From Raillietiella orientalis (Eukaryota), in the NCBI GenBank assembly GCA_036172245.1, contig JAYWIR010000004.1, positions 868,001 to 932,000 of the forward strand: a DNA stretch of 64,000 bases. The letters run 5' to 3'. Numbering within the stretch: the stretch's first letter is position 1; every line of letters begins with the position of its first letter. A program made the translations under genes and the position numbers. Below, piece after piece: positions 26,600-38,623 of the stretch. Under the pieces are notes generated by a model that made no database searches, was not told the origin of the DNA, and saw nothing but the letters and a program-made list of their open reading frames with translations.

Positions 26600-29500
26600 C
26601 GATATGGCAAAGACATGCAAAGAGATGATGACCCTTGTTTTGCGTGGACCGAATTTCATGGAACTCCTTCAGAGTGTCAGAAGCGCTCTACTCCCTTCGG
26701 AGAGAGAGCGCCCTTAAGAGAAATCGGGAAGCGTCCCTCCGGGGTTCTCTTCCGAGGATGAAGAAAGAAAGAACTGATAGCTCACGGGATTCCTCTGGAG
26801 AACAAATGAGGAGTAGCTCCCTCCGAAGGTTTCTCCGGAGAGAATGAGGAAGTTCGCTTTTGGGTTCCCTCCTAAGCGTAATAGGAATGGACTCCTTGCA
26901 CGGGATCCATGAGGTGGTCCCTCCGGAGTTGCCTCCTATCAGTTGAAAAGTTTCTCCGCAGACAGGAGGCGAAACGCGCACCGACTAGAGGCCCCCCATG
27001 CCGTCTGTCGCCTTCACTGCCCCTCCGCGCAGCTCAGCACGGGGAGCCAGTCGGAGCATCTTCACTCCTCGAGCACGGGTTTTCCACGTCCGCGAGGTCC
27101 AGAGTACGAGAATCCAGCGACCGGATATTCCCATGTGAGCCTCCCCCTACCCTAACGCTTTCCCCTTGTGCCTTTTCGAACACGAAATCTTTTGATGGGA
27201 GAAATTCCCCGCTCACCCCCTTTCCTAACCCTCCTTTTTTTTTTTTTTTAATTGCTGACGCAGTCGGCGGCGGTTGAATTCCGTTAAAGCATTTGTGGTA
27301 CGACAACAAAAAGACCTTAATCCAATTTGGGATGGACATGAATAGCCTAATCAACTTAAACCTTTGTTCCTCCTTGGTCTTCCAGGGGGTTTTGCAAACT
27401 TCGAACTGGAAGGTTCTTCCCTTGCTTGCGACGTCCGTCACATTTTCTCAGCATCATATCGAGGATCGGGAGCAGTGGGCTGCTTGGGAATCACGTTGGA
27501 TTTGCGGAGGACGCTCAGATGCGAGAGGTCAAGAAGATGTAGTATCGGGCAGAAGCAACCACCATTTAGTTTTCCATCGTCAGAAGATCACGCGATTGCC
27601 GCTTCCATGTGAAAAGAGTTCTTAAGGGTTTCTGGAATCAGCAGAACCGAAATCAGCGCAGATGTCAGAGAGCTGATAAAACGCAAAGAGGGAGAATTGA
27701 AGAGGAGGAGGGACAATGCGTGACGCTGACTGGAAAGTGCTTTTTGCCATCTACAATCAATCTAACCTTATCTTGATCCTTGTTCTCCACGTCCATTGCC
27801 GACTGGAGCCAGACGCTATTGAATGTTTTTTTGTCTCCAACAAGAAAAATTGCCTCCATCAACGTGGTTCCTTCTGCTCTCGGCACACTGCGTGAAGGAG
27901 CTAATCAGAAGTGGGGGAACTCCCAGCGGACGCTTCCTTACAGGATGCCTTCTTGTTCCTCTTCCTCCTCCTGGTATCCGAATCCCCATCCTCTCGATTC
28001 TGAATCGCCATTACGGTCACCGCTAACAGAGAAGATACTTTTATCCATGCGTAAGGTCTGATCCCATTTAACTCGCCTTCGAGATTGCGGAGCACCAGGG
28101 AGAAATGCGGTCTTCGTCGGTGTCCGCAAGTCTGAGTGAGAATGCTCAGTCGGAATAGAGGCTCGGCATCCGAGGGAGGTCCTGGATTTCCACTGGCGTA
28201 TTCAGCCTCTCGGAACCGAGAATACAAGAGCGAAGAACGTTATGTTTCTATGCGTTAGAGAGAGCAGCCGGAGGTGCGTTACAAACTGCAGGTCTTAAGC
28301 AGGCAGCTCCGCCGATGTGCAGAGGATGTTCCCTTGGAGGAATGGAGCTTGTTGGTCAACCAGGAATCTCACTTGGTCTGGAGAGTCCAAAACGATCATC
28401 TGAGCTTAGAAGCTGATTTTTTCACCTTGTGCGCACCTTAGAGGTTTAAACAGGTTCAAATAGATCTCAATTCCACATAAGCATGGATTAATGTATCCAT
28501 AGAGATGTGCCTATCCACGTGGATGTAAGGAAAGAACTCGAGCCGATCAACGTGTCTGAACAGGAGCACGGTGGGACTTTTGTTCGGAAGCACTACGCGC
28601 GTTGTGGTTAGTAGAGGGAAACACAAGGAAAGGAAAAAAAAACAAAGAGTCGTTGCCAAGCGGCACCTTGAGCGGCAACGCTGTCTCCAGAATTGCTGCT
28701 CGACGAACTCAACTGGCAGACAAGGCAATCGGAGATTACCAGAACGTGTGAGAGTCCATCTCTGCGAGGTTACAGTGATGTCCAGCACTCAGCGCGTCCG
28801 AGACGGACGACAGAGGCGCACCGGCTCCTGGAGCATTCCAAACGACCTAGCCGCGGGCCTACGTGGTGCAGTCCCCGGAGGAAGGCCACAGATCTTTCGA
28901 CCCGTGCAATGACGAAATCGAAGCGAACCACAGGGAAACGTCTCCCGTCCCTTCGCTTCAGTGAGAGCTGCCGGAGGCGCGTTGCACGCTGCGAGTCTTA
29001 ATCGGGTATCTCAGCGAACGTGCAGATGATATCCCCTTGGAAGAATGGAATTCGTTTGTTGGCTCTCGTTCAACCTTCCGTCGGGATGCTTGTGATGCTG
29101 CCCCCACTGTTCGCAAATGAGGATGAGGTCTCTGATGTGGAAGCAGCAGCAAAACTCGATCTGGGTAAGATTAGAGAGACTCTCCTAGATCGAGATTTGC
29201 GGCCTCTCTCACATTTACACGATGTGGGGGATTCCTGGAATGCAATCTGCGACCATGCTCTTTTCTGCAGCTGAGAGGGACAGACCGAACAATTTCAGGG
29301 TCACTCCACGATGTTTCGGACGAGCTCCGGTTTCAGACTCGAATTGCGCGATTCCCCAACTTGGCTGCGTTCAGACAAGAAGCTTCATGGGGTGCTAGGA
29401 ACGCATGCTTCTCAAGAACGTTCAAAGATCCGCACAGGATCCATGCGAGAGCATCTCATTCGGAGGGATGAGATTTTCCAGAAGCCTTTGTCTGTTTCGA

Positions 29501-29880
29501 CAGCAGCGTTCGGAGCAAACAGAGATGAAGAGAAATCATTGTTTCCGATGATGCAAGTAGCACGATTCAAGGAAGGAATAAACAGCGGAGCCGGGGCTCA
29601 ACGGGAAACAGGCTACACGTCAGCATGATGAATGAAGGCTGAGGACCGATTTTCGATCAGCAATCTTTGATGGCCAACGTGGGGTCACTTCGTTTCACGG
29701 TGACTTCCGTCCCTCTTCTTGAGAGCCCCTTTCGAATGAAGCGCTTGCCCCAACACAAAATCCAGCAAAACCTGGAAGATGATTTTCACAGAAGATTCGG
29801 GATCATGGAAATTTTGCCGGAATTTTCCGCACTTTCAGCGTCTCCTCGACCAGCCTACAGCTTCGTTGCAAGGGACTAAT
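26600..29880 (+). mobile_element. Decayed BEL/Pao pol remnant (RT, RNase H, integrase)
   Basis: Ordered motifs: WYDNKK...MNSL, TFSQHHIEDREQWAAW, ITRLPLPCEKSS, QKWGNS, LTEKILLS, KQRVVAKRHLE, QRVRDG...WSIPNDLAAG, FTVTSVPLLE, FHRRFGIME. Confidence 0.55.
28377..28928 (+). repeat. Left arm of ~550 bp inverted duplication
   Basis: It is the reverse complement of about 29981-30532. ORFs 28571+/29988- and 28456-/29926+ are nearly identical. Confidence 0.95.
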
Positions 29881-29980
29881 CCGCCTAGAGGGTGTTCAGC
29901 AGTAGGGAATTTTTTCTTTGATTAGATGAGAGCCTTGCAGGAACGGAATCAGTTGCATCCACCCCGGAGGTTTTCTCCAG

Positions 29981-30532
29981 GTCTGCTTCAGTTTCTCTCT
30001 TGCGCGCGTCGAAACGTCTGTGGCCTTCCTCCGGGGACTCCACCACGTAGGCCCGCGGCTAGGTCGTTTGGAATGCTCCAGGAGACGGTGCGCCTCTGGC
30101 GTCCGTCTCGGACGCGCTGGGTGCTGGACGTCACTGTAACCTCGCAGAGATGGACTCTCACACGTTCTGGTAATCCCCGATTGCCTTGTCTGCCAGTTGA
30201 GTTCGTCGAGCAGCAATTCTGGAGACAGCGTTGCCGCTTAAGGTGCCACTTGGCAACGACTCTTTGTTTTTTTTTCCTTTCCTTGTGTTTCCCTCTACTA
30301 ACCACAACGCACGTAGTGCTTCCGAACAAAAGTCCCACCGTGCTCCTGTTCAGACACGTTGATCGGCTCGAGTTCTTTCCTTACATCCACGCGGATAGGC
30401 ACATCTCTATGGATACATTCATCCATGCTTATGTGGAATTGAGATCTATTTGAACCTGTTTAAACCTCTAAGGTGCGCACAAGGTGAAAAAATCAGCTTC
30501 TAAGCTCAGTTGTTTGTTTTGAATTCTCCAGA
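29981..30532 (-). repeat. Right arm of ~550 bp inverted duplication
   Basis: High-identity core with scattered substitutions; identity frays at both ends. Confidence 0.95.
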
Positions 30533-31399
30533 TGGAGAGTGGCGCCGTAGCTGTCTGTCAGCTTTCACAGCAATAGCAAAAACAAATGATAGGATTCACT
30601 TCGCAAAAGGAGTGCTCTAGACCGTGCAGTTCGTACTTGAAAAGCTGCGATAAGAGCAACCCACACAAACTCACATGCTCTGCAACGAAAGGCAGATTTT
30701 TCATCATCCGAAAAGCATCGCAAAACTTCCTTTCTATTTGCTTTTCTTCCTGCTTCCCTCGACACTCTTCCATGCTCAGCATTGGATCAAGCTGCACCTC
30801 AAATTTCCATTCCTGGCAAAATAAATAGGAACAGTCTTATTACCACAACTGCCGTCAAACATCTCGATGTCATCGTGCCTGGAATGAGAGATGTTGGCGA
30901 CATCGATGCTGTAGCATCTACCTCAGTGCACTGTCAATTTAGTTCTGGAATCGGCACAGTAAGCATCCTATTCAAAGTAGGGAGAGATTACTCCCTATTT
31001 TACTGAAATTTCGGGAGTGGATGGAAATTATTAGGAGAAAAACTGTCCAAACAGTCCATCGTTTCCTTGGTTTGGATGCTTGGCCAACATGGCCATCGGA
31101 GCATTATTTCTATCAAAAGCGAAAGATGAGCTCAGCAAAGAGCTGCCTGCTTCTGTGGCCACGTGATTAATCGCTCAAAAAACCTTCCTGTGTGCACTCA
31201 TGGTCACTATGCAGAGTGTTGTAGGAATCGACCGGGCAATTGAATGCATTCTATCACGTTTCCACGACCTCGGTGACCACAAAAATCGCGTATTCCAAAC
31301 CTCGACTGGTAAAAAGGAAAATGCACTGAGGGATCAGCACGCAGTTGACCTGTTTTCGATCGTTGCTCATTCTAGGATGCCCACTGTGATCTCACCATC

Positions 31400-32600
31400 T
31401 TTGAAACTTGGTCTGTCAGCAATTTCGAATTTTCCTGAACCAGAAGCTGCTCGTGATGCAACTTCCAGCTTTCGGGATTGATTTGCTTAAGAAGAAAAAG
31501 ACCCTTCTGCTGAAACTCTCGGATTCTTCTTTCCTCGAGAAGTAGAATGTGATGCTTATAGATGAATCCGGCGTATATCATGCCTGCATTCCACCTGTGC
31601 ATGTGGTCTGATTCCATTGAGATCCTCTATAGAAAGAAACGCCTGCACCGGGCACTTGTGATTTCATAGGGTCTTCTGAAAGGCTATGCAAACCACGCAG
31701 TTATGCTTGCTGAAGGTTCACGAAAGAAAAAAATGTATAATGTCATTGGTGTGAATTTTCCAGCACGGCATTCATAACCGCTGCACCCATCTATTGCTTT
31801 GTCCGTGTCCCTCTGAATTTTCTAAAAGGATCTCAGAGGGATCATCTGTGTAAGCTAAAGATGAATATGAGTGGATGTATTGCGCAGGAATAACCGATGC
31901 ATATTACAGTAGCTGATCTATCGATAAGTCGAAGCCTTCGTTTGAGGAAATCTTTTTGCAAGGCCATTCGCCAAAGCACTCTGGAGATAACCCGAAGAAG
32001 ACCGATGGATCTTGTTAAGTGAGGCTTTTTGAAAATTTCAAAACCAGATAAGAAATGAGGGAAGTCTTTCGGGTGGATTCTGGGATCCTCTTCCTGCTGG
32101 CTGTTCAGGAAATAGAAAGAAAAGGGCAGATTTGAGGGATCGGACAGCGTAAGCGTGGATTGTACATCAAGCTATCATGAAAGAAATGGAATAACATAGT
32201 TTTGTTTCGTGGTAGCTGCCGTTGGATCCTTGTTTTGAAACATGGCCATCTTTGTAGAAGGTTCGGAAGTTCCTTCATCAAAGAAATGCCGAAATCTCGC
32301 TTAGCTCCGGAAAGGTCATCAAATCGTACCACTGTTCCCATTTTTACAGCCGATTCTGTGGCTATCGTTTCGTCCGTTGAGTACTCCGTGAAATTCATTC
32401 TTCATAGGACGGAGAGCTTACCGTCAAGCATCCAGTGTTCCGTAAAATTGGAACCTTGGAAAGGCGCTGATGCTTTGAAATACCTGGAGGGCTCGTTTAA
32501 CAAGAAAAGCATCGGCGGCATTCCTCTTAGAACTCATCTTTCATGATGGGAACACAGCTTTTGGCTCTTCTCTCTGTCTCATCCATAGTAACAGGTTTCG
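31400..32600 (-). mobile_element. Decayed piggyBac-type DDE transposase remnant
   Basis: MSSKRN...VKRALQVF (MSRxRF..LHF), ALRPM (KxRP), YSTDETIA (SxDE), AKRDFGISL (KPxKxGIK), LVLKFSKSL, and NGI/DHMH (MGGVD-like, about 31610) occur in the order expected for DDE_Tnp_1_7. Confidence 0.55.
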
Positions 32601-33907
32601 ATGAACTTTGTTGCCAAACGTAAATTCACTGCTGCTCGAAACTCGTCCCAACCCATCTTCTGGCCTGCACATTTCACCTTTTTCAAGATCGCCCATGGTG
32701 TTTTATCTCGGCAGTGGAAAGCTGTCCTGTCCGCACCGCATTTCGAAGGAGAAGCTTTCTGCTACAAAGCTGAAAGGCATCCCACGTCATCTTCAGCCTT
32801 TGAACCTCAGTGTGTAGCAACATTGTCTAAAAACATCTGAACTTTCCACTGCGCACGTTTATCACTTCGGATGAATTACGGTTCGTTCGTGCTGTTCGCA
32901 CTCAGAGTATCTTTCTGTTTCGAAACTATATTTCTAAAGTAAGGATAGTCAGTCGTATTCGCATCATTAATCCCGAAATTGCAAAGTGGAAACTTTAATG
33001 GCCTGTGCCAGTTCACAAAAACAGAACACGAACCCGTTCCCCAAGCTATTTTCGATGTTCCCTCTAAAGCGTTTCCTTCGCTACCCGTCATCTTCAGGGA
33101 CGAACGAGCTTCAACGAAGCGGTTGTTTGCTCAAAGTCGAGTATCAATTCCTACATGGGATTGGAATTAAGGGATCATTATGGTATACAGAGTGAATGTG
33201 TCCCCGACATCAAAGCTTCGAATGCAAGGCAAACACGAGTCGGTGTTCCTGGAGTATGGATCGATCACTCCAATGTTTCAAACTCGTTTGCTCATTTTCT
33301 AGAGCGTTTGCTTAGTGCAGCCGTAGTGTTTCCTTCATCCAGTGTCTCTCTGCTCTCACGGGGGCTCGAAAATAAAAACTCTGCTTGGTACAGGTGGGGT
33401 TTGGCATCGCTTCCATGACAATGTGGATGAACATTTCAGTCTCTCATGAATCACGTTCGAAGTGTGCTCATCATTTCTAGCCAACCGTTTTTCCCGCTTT
33501 GGTGTGTCATTAATTATTACTGTGTGCACGTACAGAACAAGCGTCTGGAGGGTGACTGCATGTACCAGCGAAATATGAATAATGTGCAGATGGGAAATCA
33601 ACACGGAGCAGATGTGACGACATGACTTTGTTTGACCCTTGAGCATGATCCACCTTCTAATTTTTCCCATTTACATCTCGATTACTTTTCGTTCTCCGTC
33701 AAGCGGTTACTTCTAACGGAGTAATAATGTGTTTATTAGCAGCTTCTCTGCTTAATGACATGAGCATCATGAAGAGATTACAGCGGAGCTCCATCGCCAT
33801 TTTATTCGAGTCGTTAGCGAGTATTTCAAGAGAGTTACTGCCTTTAAGAAATAGAGGAAATCGGAGAAATCAAAAGGAAATAAATCTGACGGATAGCGTT
33901 GTATTCA

Positions 33908-33962
33908 ATGCGTGCGTGCGTGTGTGTGTATATGTGTGTGCGTGCGTGCGTATTTGTGCGTT
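33908..33962. repeat. Alternating purine-pyrimidine microsatellite (TGCG/TG)n
   Basis: atgcgtgcgtgcgtgtgtgtgtatatgtgtgtgcgtgcgtgcgt. Confidence 0.85.
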
Positions 33963-36900
33963 TGCAATGCAGTTGATACTTTATTTCAATCCGGAGATTC
34001 ATCAGGAGATTTAACGTGCATCTTGACCTCCTTAATGGTGTTTAGCAAAAACATTGAATTTTTATTATTATCTTGCATGTACAGACGTATTTGCGCTTTG
34101 AACAGGGAATAAAGGAAACCTCCGGAAAATATTTTGCCGTACAATTTTCCGATAATGTTTTCTTTGGAATTTCTTATTTTTTTCCGGGACCCTTTGGGAA
34201 GTCAAAGTTCATATCTAGCGAAAAAGCTCCAAGTTTCAGAGGCCGCTTCGCTGACTTTTCGATAAAAACTTCATTTTCGGTTCATTCTCGACCCTCAAGC
34301 CGTTTGGCTCGAACGAATTGTTCGAATGCGAGGATGAATGCTCAGCATCCCCGCTTCCATCACAGTGCTTCCTGCGGCATGAGGATTCTCGTGCCACAAG
34401 CCAAGATGAGACGGGTCACTCCAAGCAGATCGGGTTCTGCAAAGAGAGCCTGGAGAGGCAGGAAACCAAAGAGACTGGACCTGACTCGTGAATCCATTAA
34501 ATCCATTCATCATTTCGTGGAGTTGGCAACCCGTGGTTTCCATGCTACGACGGGAGGAATTCGGAAGGAACTGAACAGCAAGACCCCCACGAGGAATTAA
34601 AAGGAAGATAGGTCATTTATTAGAATCTCTTCGAAGGAATGGAATAAGTCGAATTGATGAAAGGGTCTTGCAAAGTGGGTCTCGGCGTTAGATACCATCA
34701 GGAGCTGCATTAGATGAGACCAACTGCACATACGTATTCATATATTAATAATTCCACTCTTCGTGCTCGTCAGGAAAGATTTGAAACATCCTCCTAAAAT
34801 TCTTCGTGACTCGAAACAAACCATGGAGGAAAACCATGCTATCGTTAGAAAAATGGGTCTGATTTATAGTCAACAGGATCCCACCCTTCTGAAATACAGA
34901 TAGGCATTTCGAGATCAAAGATTCCGAAGTTTCCAATGGCAAAGGAGACAAAGTTGTACTCCTGATAAACTCCAGAAAGCTACATGGAGATCAGGAACTT
35001 CGCGGAAAGAAAGCTTTAGCTGAGCTAGCGTCTCAGTTACGAGAGCAATCTTCCAGACTGACTGCTCGCTTTTAAAGCAAGTACGTTGAACCAGAAACGA
35101 TTTCAAGAGTCTCTACCAGAGATGGTCATTCTGTACCATGAACTATGAGCTCGTTCGAAAATGGTTTGAAATGAAATTTTTTGGTGAAAGCACAGTCGTA
35201 CAGTGTTCCTGCACTGAGAATTCTGTAAAGAAACCTCAGGCCGTGTGTTGAGGTCCACCATTACTCTGGAGCATTTACGCTGAAAATTTAGCTCCAGGGA
35301 AATAAATATCTGGAGAACATGAATCTTTTAGCAAATAGAATTCATAAGCAATGAATGTGGGGTGCTCCAACGTCATCTCGGATTGCGGGAAGCTGTCATA
35401 ATGTAGAAACACAAAACAGTGGTGTGTGAATAAAAATCATTAAGCCCCTTCAGATGTGCATTGAAACATTTCGGATGCAAACAAAAAGGGAGATTGATTA
35501 AGTGAGAGCATGCATTCATAATTTTATTGTCACTATTCGTTGTCATTTTAGTATTCTTAGTATGCCTTATAGTTGAGACCGGAGAAAATCGGTTTTCAAC
35601 ATATCATATGCCTGCTCCTTCCTGTTTACCCCCGATGCAATACGCACTCTTCCTCCTATTCCAAGTTTTCGAAGCACCTAGGCAGCTTTCTTGGTCCATC
35701 CTTGGACCACCTAAATGAGTAGAGACGCTATTTTTGTCTTTAGGGTGTTTGCAAAGATTGAATCGAATCTGCAAACCTTTCGCACACGAAAGTGTTTATC
35801 TGGTTTTGGTAAATAATTCGAGAAGCTCGTGGCATTCTCATACCATGGTAATTCCACCACTACCATGGGAGTTGCTTCTAGTTAAGCCACTGTGCGTGTG
35901 CACGGTTAATCCTAATGTTGGAGTGGTTGTTATGACAACTGAATCGAAACTCCTCGTCTCCGAAACTTAAGAGAAGCTCTCGAGCACGTAAACCTCTTGA
36001 GTCTTTCAAGAGCGTTCTGAAACGTCCGATGTCATTTGTCGAATGCTTCAGGCATATCTGTGGCAACCGAAAACAGTTTTATTACGTCTTGCCACGTAGG
36101 GAGAAATGCACTGAAAGGAAAACTAAAATCTAAAGCTGAAAGTGAGAAACTGCTGCACACACACAAAAGTGTTCTTTCTTGCTATAATAAGGAAATAAAT
36201 TCTCATTGAAAAAAAAAATAATTCGCGATAATGTCTCCTGTGATGAGCAAACAAGTCCCGTCTTCAGAATAAGTCTGTGGTACTTGAGAAACCATTTGTA
36301 GAGTAATACCACTGAAGCTACTCACAGAAGTACTCTTCCAGATTATCCTTAGGCATTTTTTGCCTATCCCGAATGAACAGTTCTTTCTGAAAATGACTCT
36401 TCGAGGTGCTCAAGAGGAGCTAAACTGGAGCCAAACTGGTTCCCTAATACTCTGCGTCCTTTAAATGATGTCAGAGTTTTCCTTGGTCGCGCTGCATTAT
36501 CAAGATGTTGTCAATATTCGGCAGTCTTGAGTGATTTATTCTTTCTTTTGGTGTCAATTTTTTTGATGGCTGATTAGAAACAAAAAAAAACGGATTAAGA
36601 ACTATAAGATGCCATCTTCAACTGAATGTTTTTTCTATTATTTCCTTATCCAAACTTCAGGTTACTTTCATTATAGGTTTCTGCTGTCATTACTCCCTCG
36701 CACTACCATTTAAAAATTTTTAGGGTCTGTTGATGAATAACTACCAGAATTTGTTGGCTGATTCCTAGAGAGTTTCCTACCCTCGGTATCATTCATCACC
36801 GCTATTTCCATCTCTCCTAACGAGATCTATGCATTTTCTCCATATCTTAAATGATGTGATACTGCTGTAACTCTGCAAGTTGCCAGAATCATTGCTCGCC

Positions 36901-37899
36901 TAAAATGAATGCAATAAAAGAATGTCAAGAAGAATATATGAAATCTTTCAGGAAAAGATGCATAAACACCGTGAATGAGGAATCCTTAGTATGCTGAATT
37001 ATCTTAAATGAGGCGTTTTGGTCAGCAAATCTGTCAACTACAGGAAGGAATCTCTTCGGGGTACATTTGGATGATCTCCGATTTCTTAGTGGGAAGAAAG
37101 AGTCATGAAGATTCTTGAGCTACTTTGAAATTTGTCGAATTCAAAGTTAGTGCATGAAGCTGTTACTCAGAAGGCATGCAGAAGCTCTCAAAGGCCGATC
37201 CCTCTGGAGTTTACAAACCGTTCCAGCTCGTGTTTCACTGGAACAGAAGAAAATCCCCTCCGGTTCGGTGAAGTTACGAGCAGCGCTAATGAATCGATAG
37301 CAGCTTCTTGCCAAAGCCTCAGAACGAGTTTGCATCAGACTTTAGCCTTACAGGAATCGCTATTCTTGGAGTGAGCTGAAGATTTCCAAGATATGAGAAT
37401 CAGCTCTCCGGAGAAGGAAGAGAAGGCAGGGGAGAGGGAAGGGGAGGGTAAAGTGTGGGGAAAACGAATTTCCTGAGAGTGAGTGCGTTTCAACAGGTCG
37501 GTATGCGGTCGCGGCGTCTTGTTCGAAAAGAATGGATGACCCTTGCCGTAAAGAGTAAAGAGTTGAAAAGAACTGGGAACCCGGAATGCGGAAGCTGAAA
37601 CTGTGAACTCCTCATTCCTCTAATCGGAAGACTTCTTCTTCGTGTCCCACCAAACTGTCCTTTTGCATCCTTCTTTCTCAACCTACATGCATCAGAGGTA
37701 GCAAGGAATGATGGCGTGTTTTGAGAAAGCAGACGCATCCGTGCTGCAAAACCAGAGTCTGTAATCTAATGACTGGGGAAAGGGGATAAATCCCGAGCGA
37801 TCACTTCAAGGTGATCTCTCGAATTCATGACGTCAGTAGCTCGGATGACGCGCATCGCAAATTCACTGCGATGCTATTTACGGCGACGCTTCTGTTTCG

Positions 37900-38330
37900 A
37901 TCTGGGGGCATCGAAATCACTTCCAGGATAAGAGCTCAGGAAGCCTTTCTTGCGATGAAAACACGCAAAGCTGTGCAGAGGTCCCGAGATGACTGCTCAC
38001 CATCCTTCGTACTGGTGTGTTGCTATGTCTCTCCAAGCAGAGCCACGTTCCGATCCTCAAGCGTTTCGTATTTCGGATAGAAAGTTTCGTTGCTTGACCA
38101 GCGCAGAATTTTCTCCGCCTGGTTGTTTCTTCCCGCATCTTCTGCCGTCCGTCTTCCTGAGGGATCTAACTGACCATTCGGTTCCAGAGTCATACCACGA
38201 GAAAGTTTCAGGGAATGCCATTTTTCGAACGTTCTCGAACTTTCTTTCAGCTCTCGAAAGACGGTTTGCAAAATGCTCTTTCAGGATTTCCTTGCAGCTT
38301 GGAGTGGAGGCCGCGAGAAAAGGAAAAAAG
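37900..38330 (-). mobile_element. Possible Ty3/gypsy gag remnant just upstream of exon 2
   Basis: CKEILKEHFANRLSRAERKFENVRK...ET...SLRKTDGRRC resembles the gag pattern LxxHF...RxxF...E...LR...C. Confidence 0.3.
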
Positions 38331-38508
38331 AGAGAGAGAGAAAAAGAACGTGTCTCATTAGGCGTCTCTGAAGAGACACTCGACACACCAGCTTGCGCTG
38401 TTTCGTACGAACTTTGCTGACTTCCTTAGAAATTATCTAGAAAATCTGACACTCCTTTGCCGCCGGTTTGCAGGCACCTCACATGTGTGTGTTTTTTTTT
38501 TTTTTCAG

Positions 38509-38623
38509 GCAGTCTCTGACCTGCTGTTGGGAATAGTGTGCATGCCAGTGAACCTAACGGGTCAGCTACTCAAAGACTTCATTTTCGGACCTATTCTGTG
38601 CAAGATTATCCCTTACCTGCAAT
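38509..38623 (+). CDS. CCKLR: CCK/sulfakinin receptor exon 2 (TM2, ECL1, start of TM3)
   Basis: A poly-T tract and CAG acceptor precede AVSDLLLGIVCMPVNLTGQLLKDFIFGPILCKIIPYLQ plus 1 nt, then donor T|GTGAGT. It continues exon 1 in frame (NL-AVSD) and is absent from the ORF track. Confidence 0.95.

Noticed and set aside
28379..30540. TGGAGAGT on both sides of the inverted repeat as a hAT-type 8-bp TSD
   Set aside because: The left copy lies inside the inverted arm and the implied termini are not symmetric, so it is likely coincidental.
34300..34700. Tc1/mariner-like C-terminal remnant
   Set aside because: The resemblance to the SPDLNP region is too degenerate to call.
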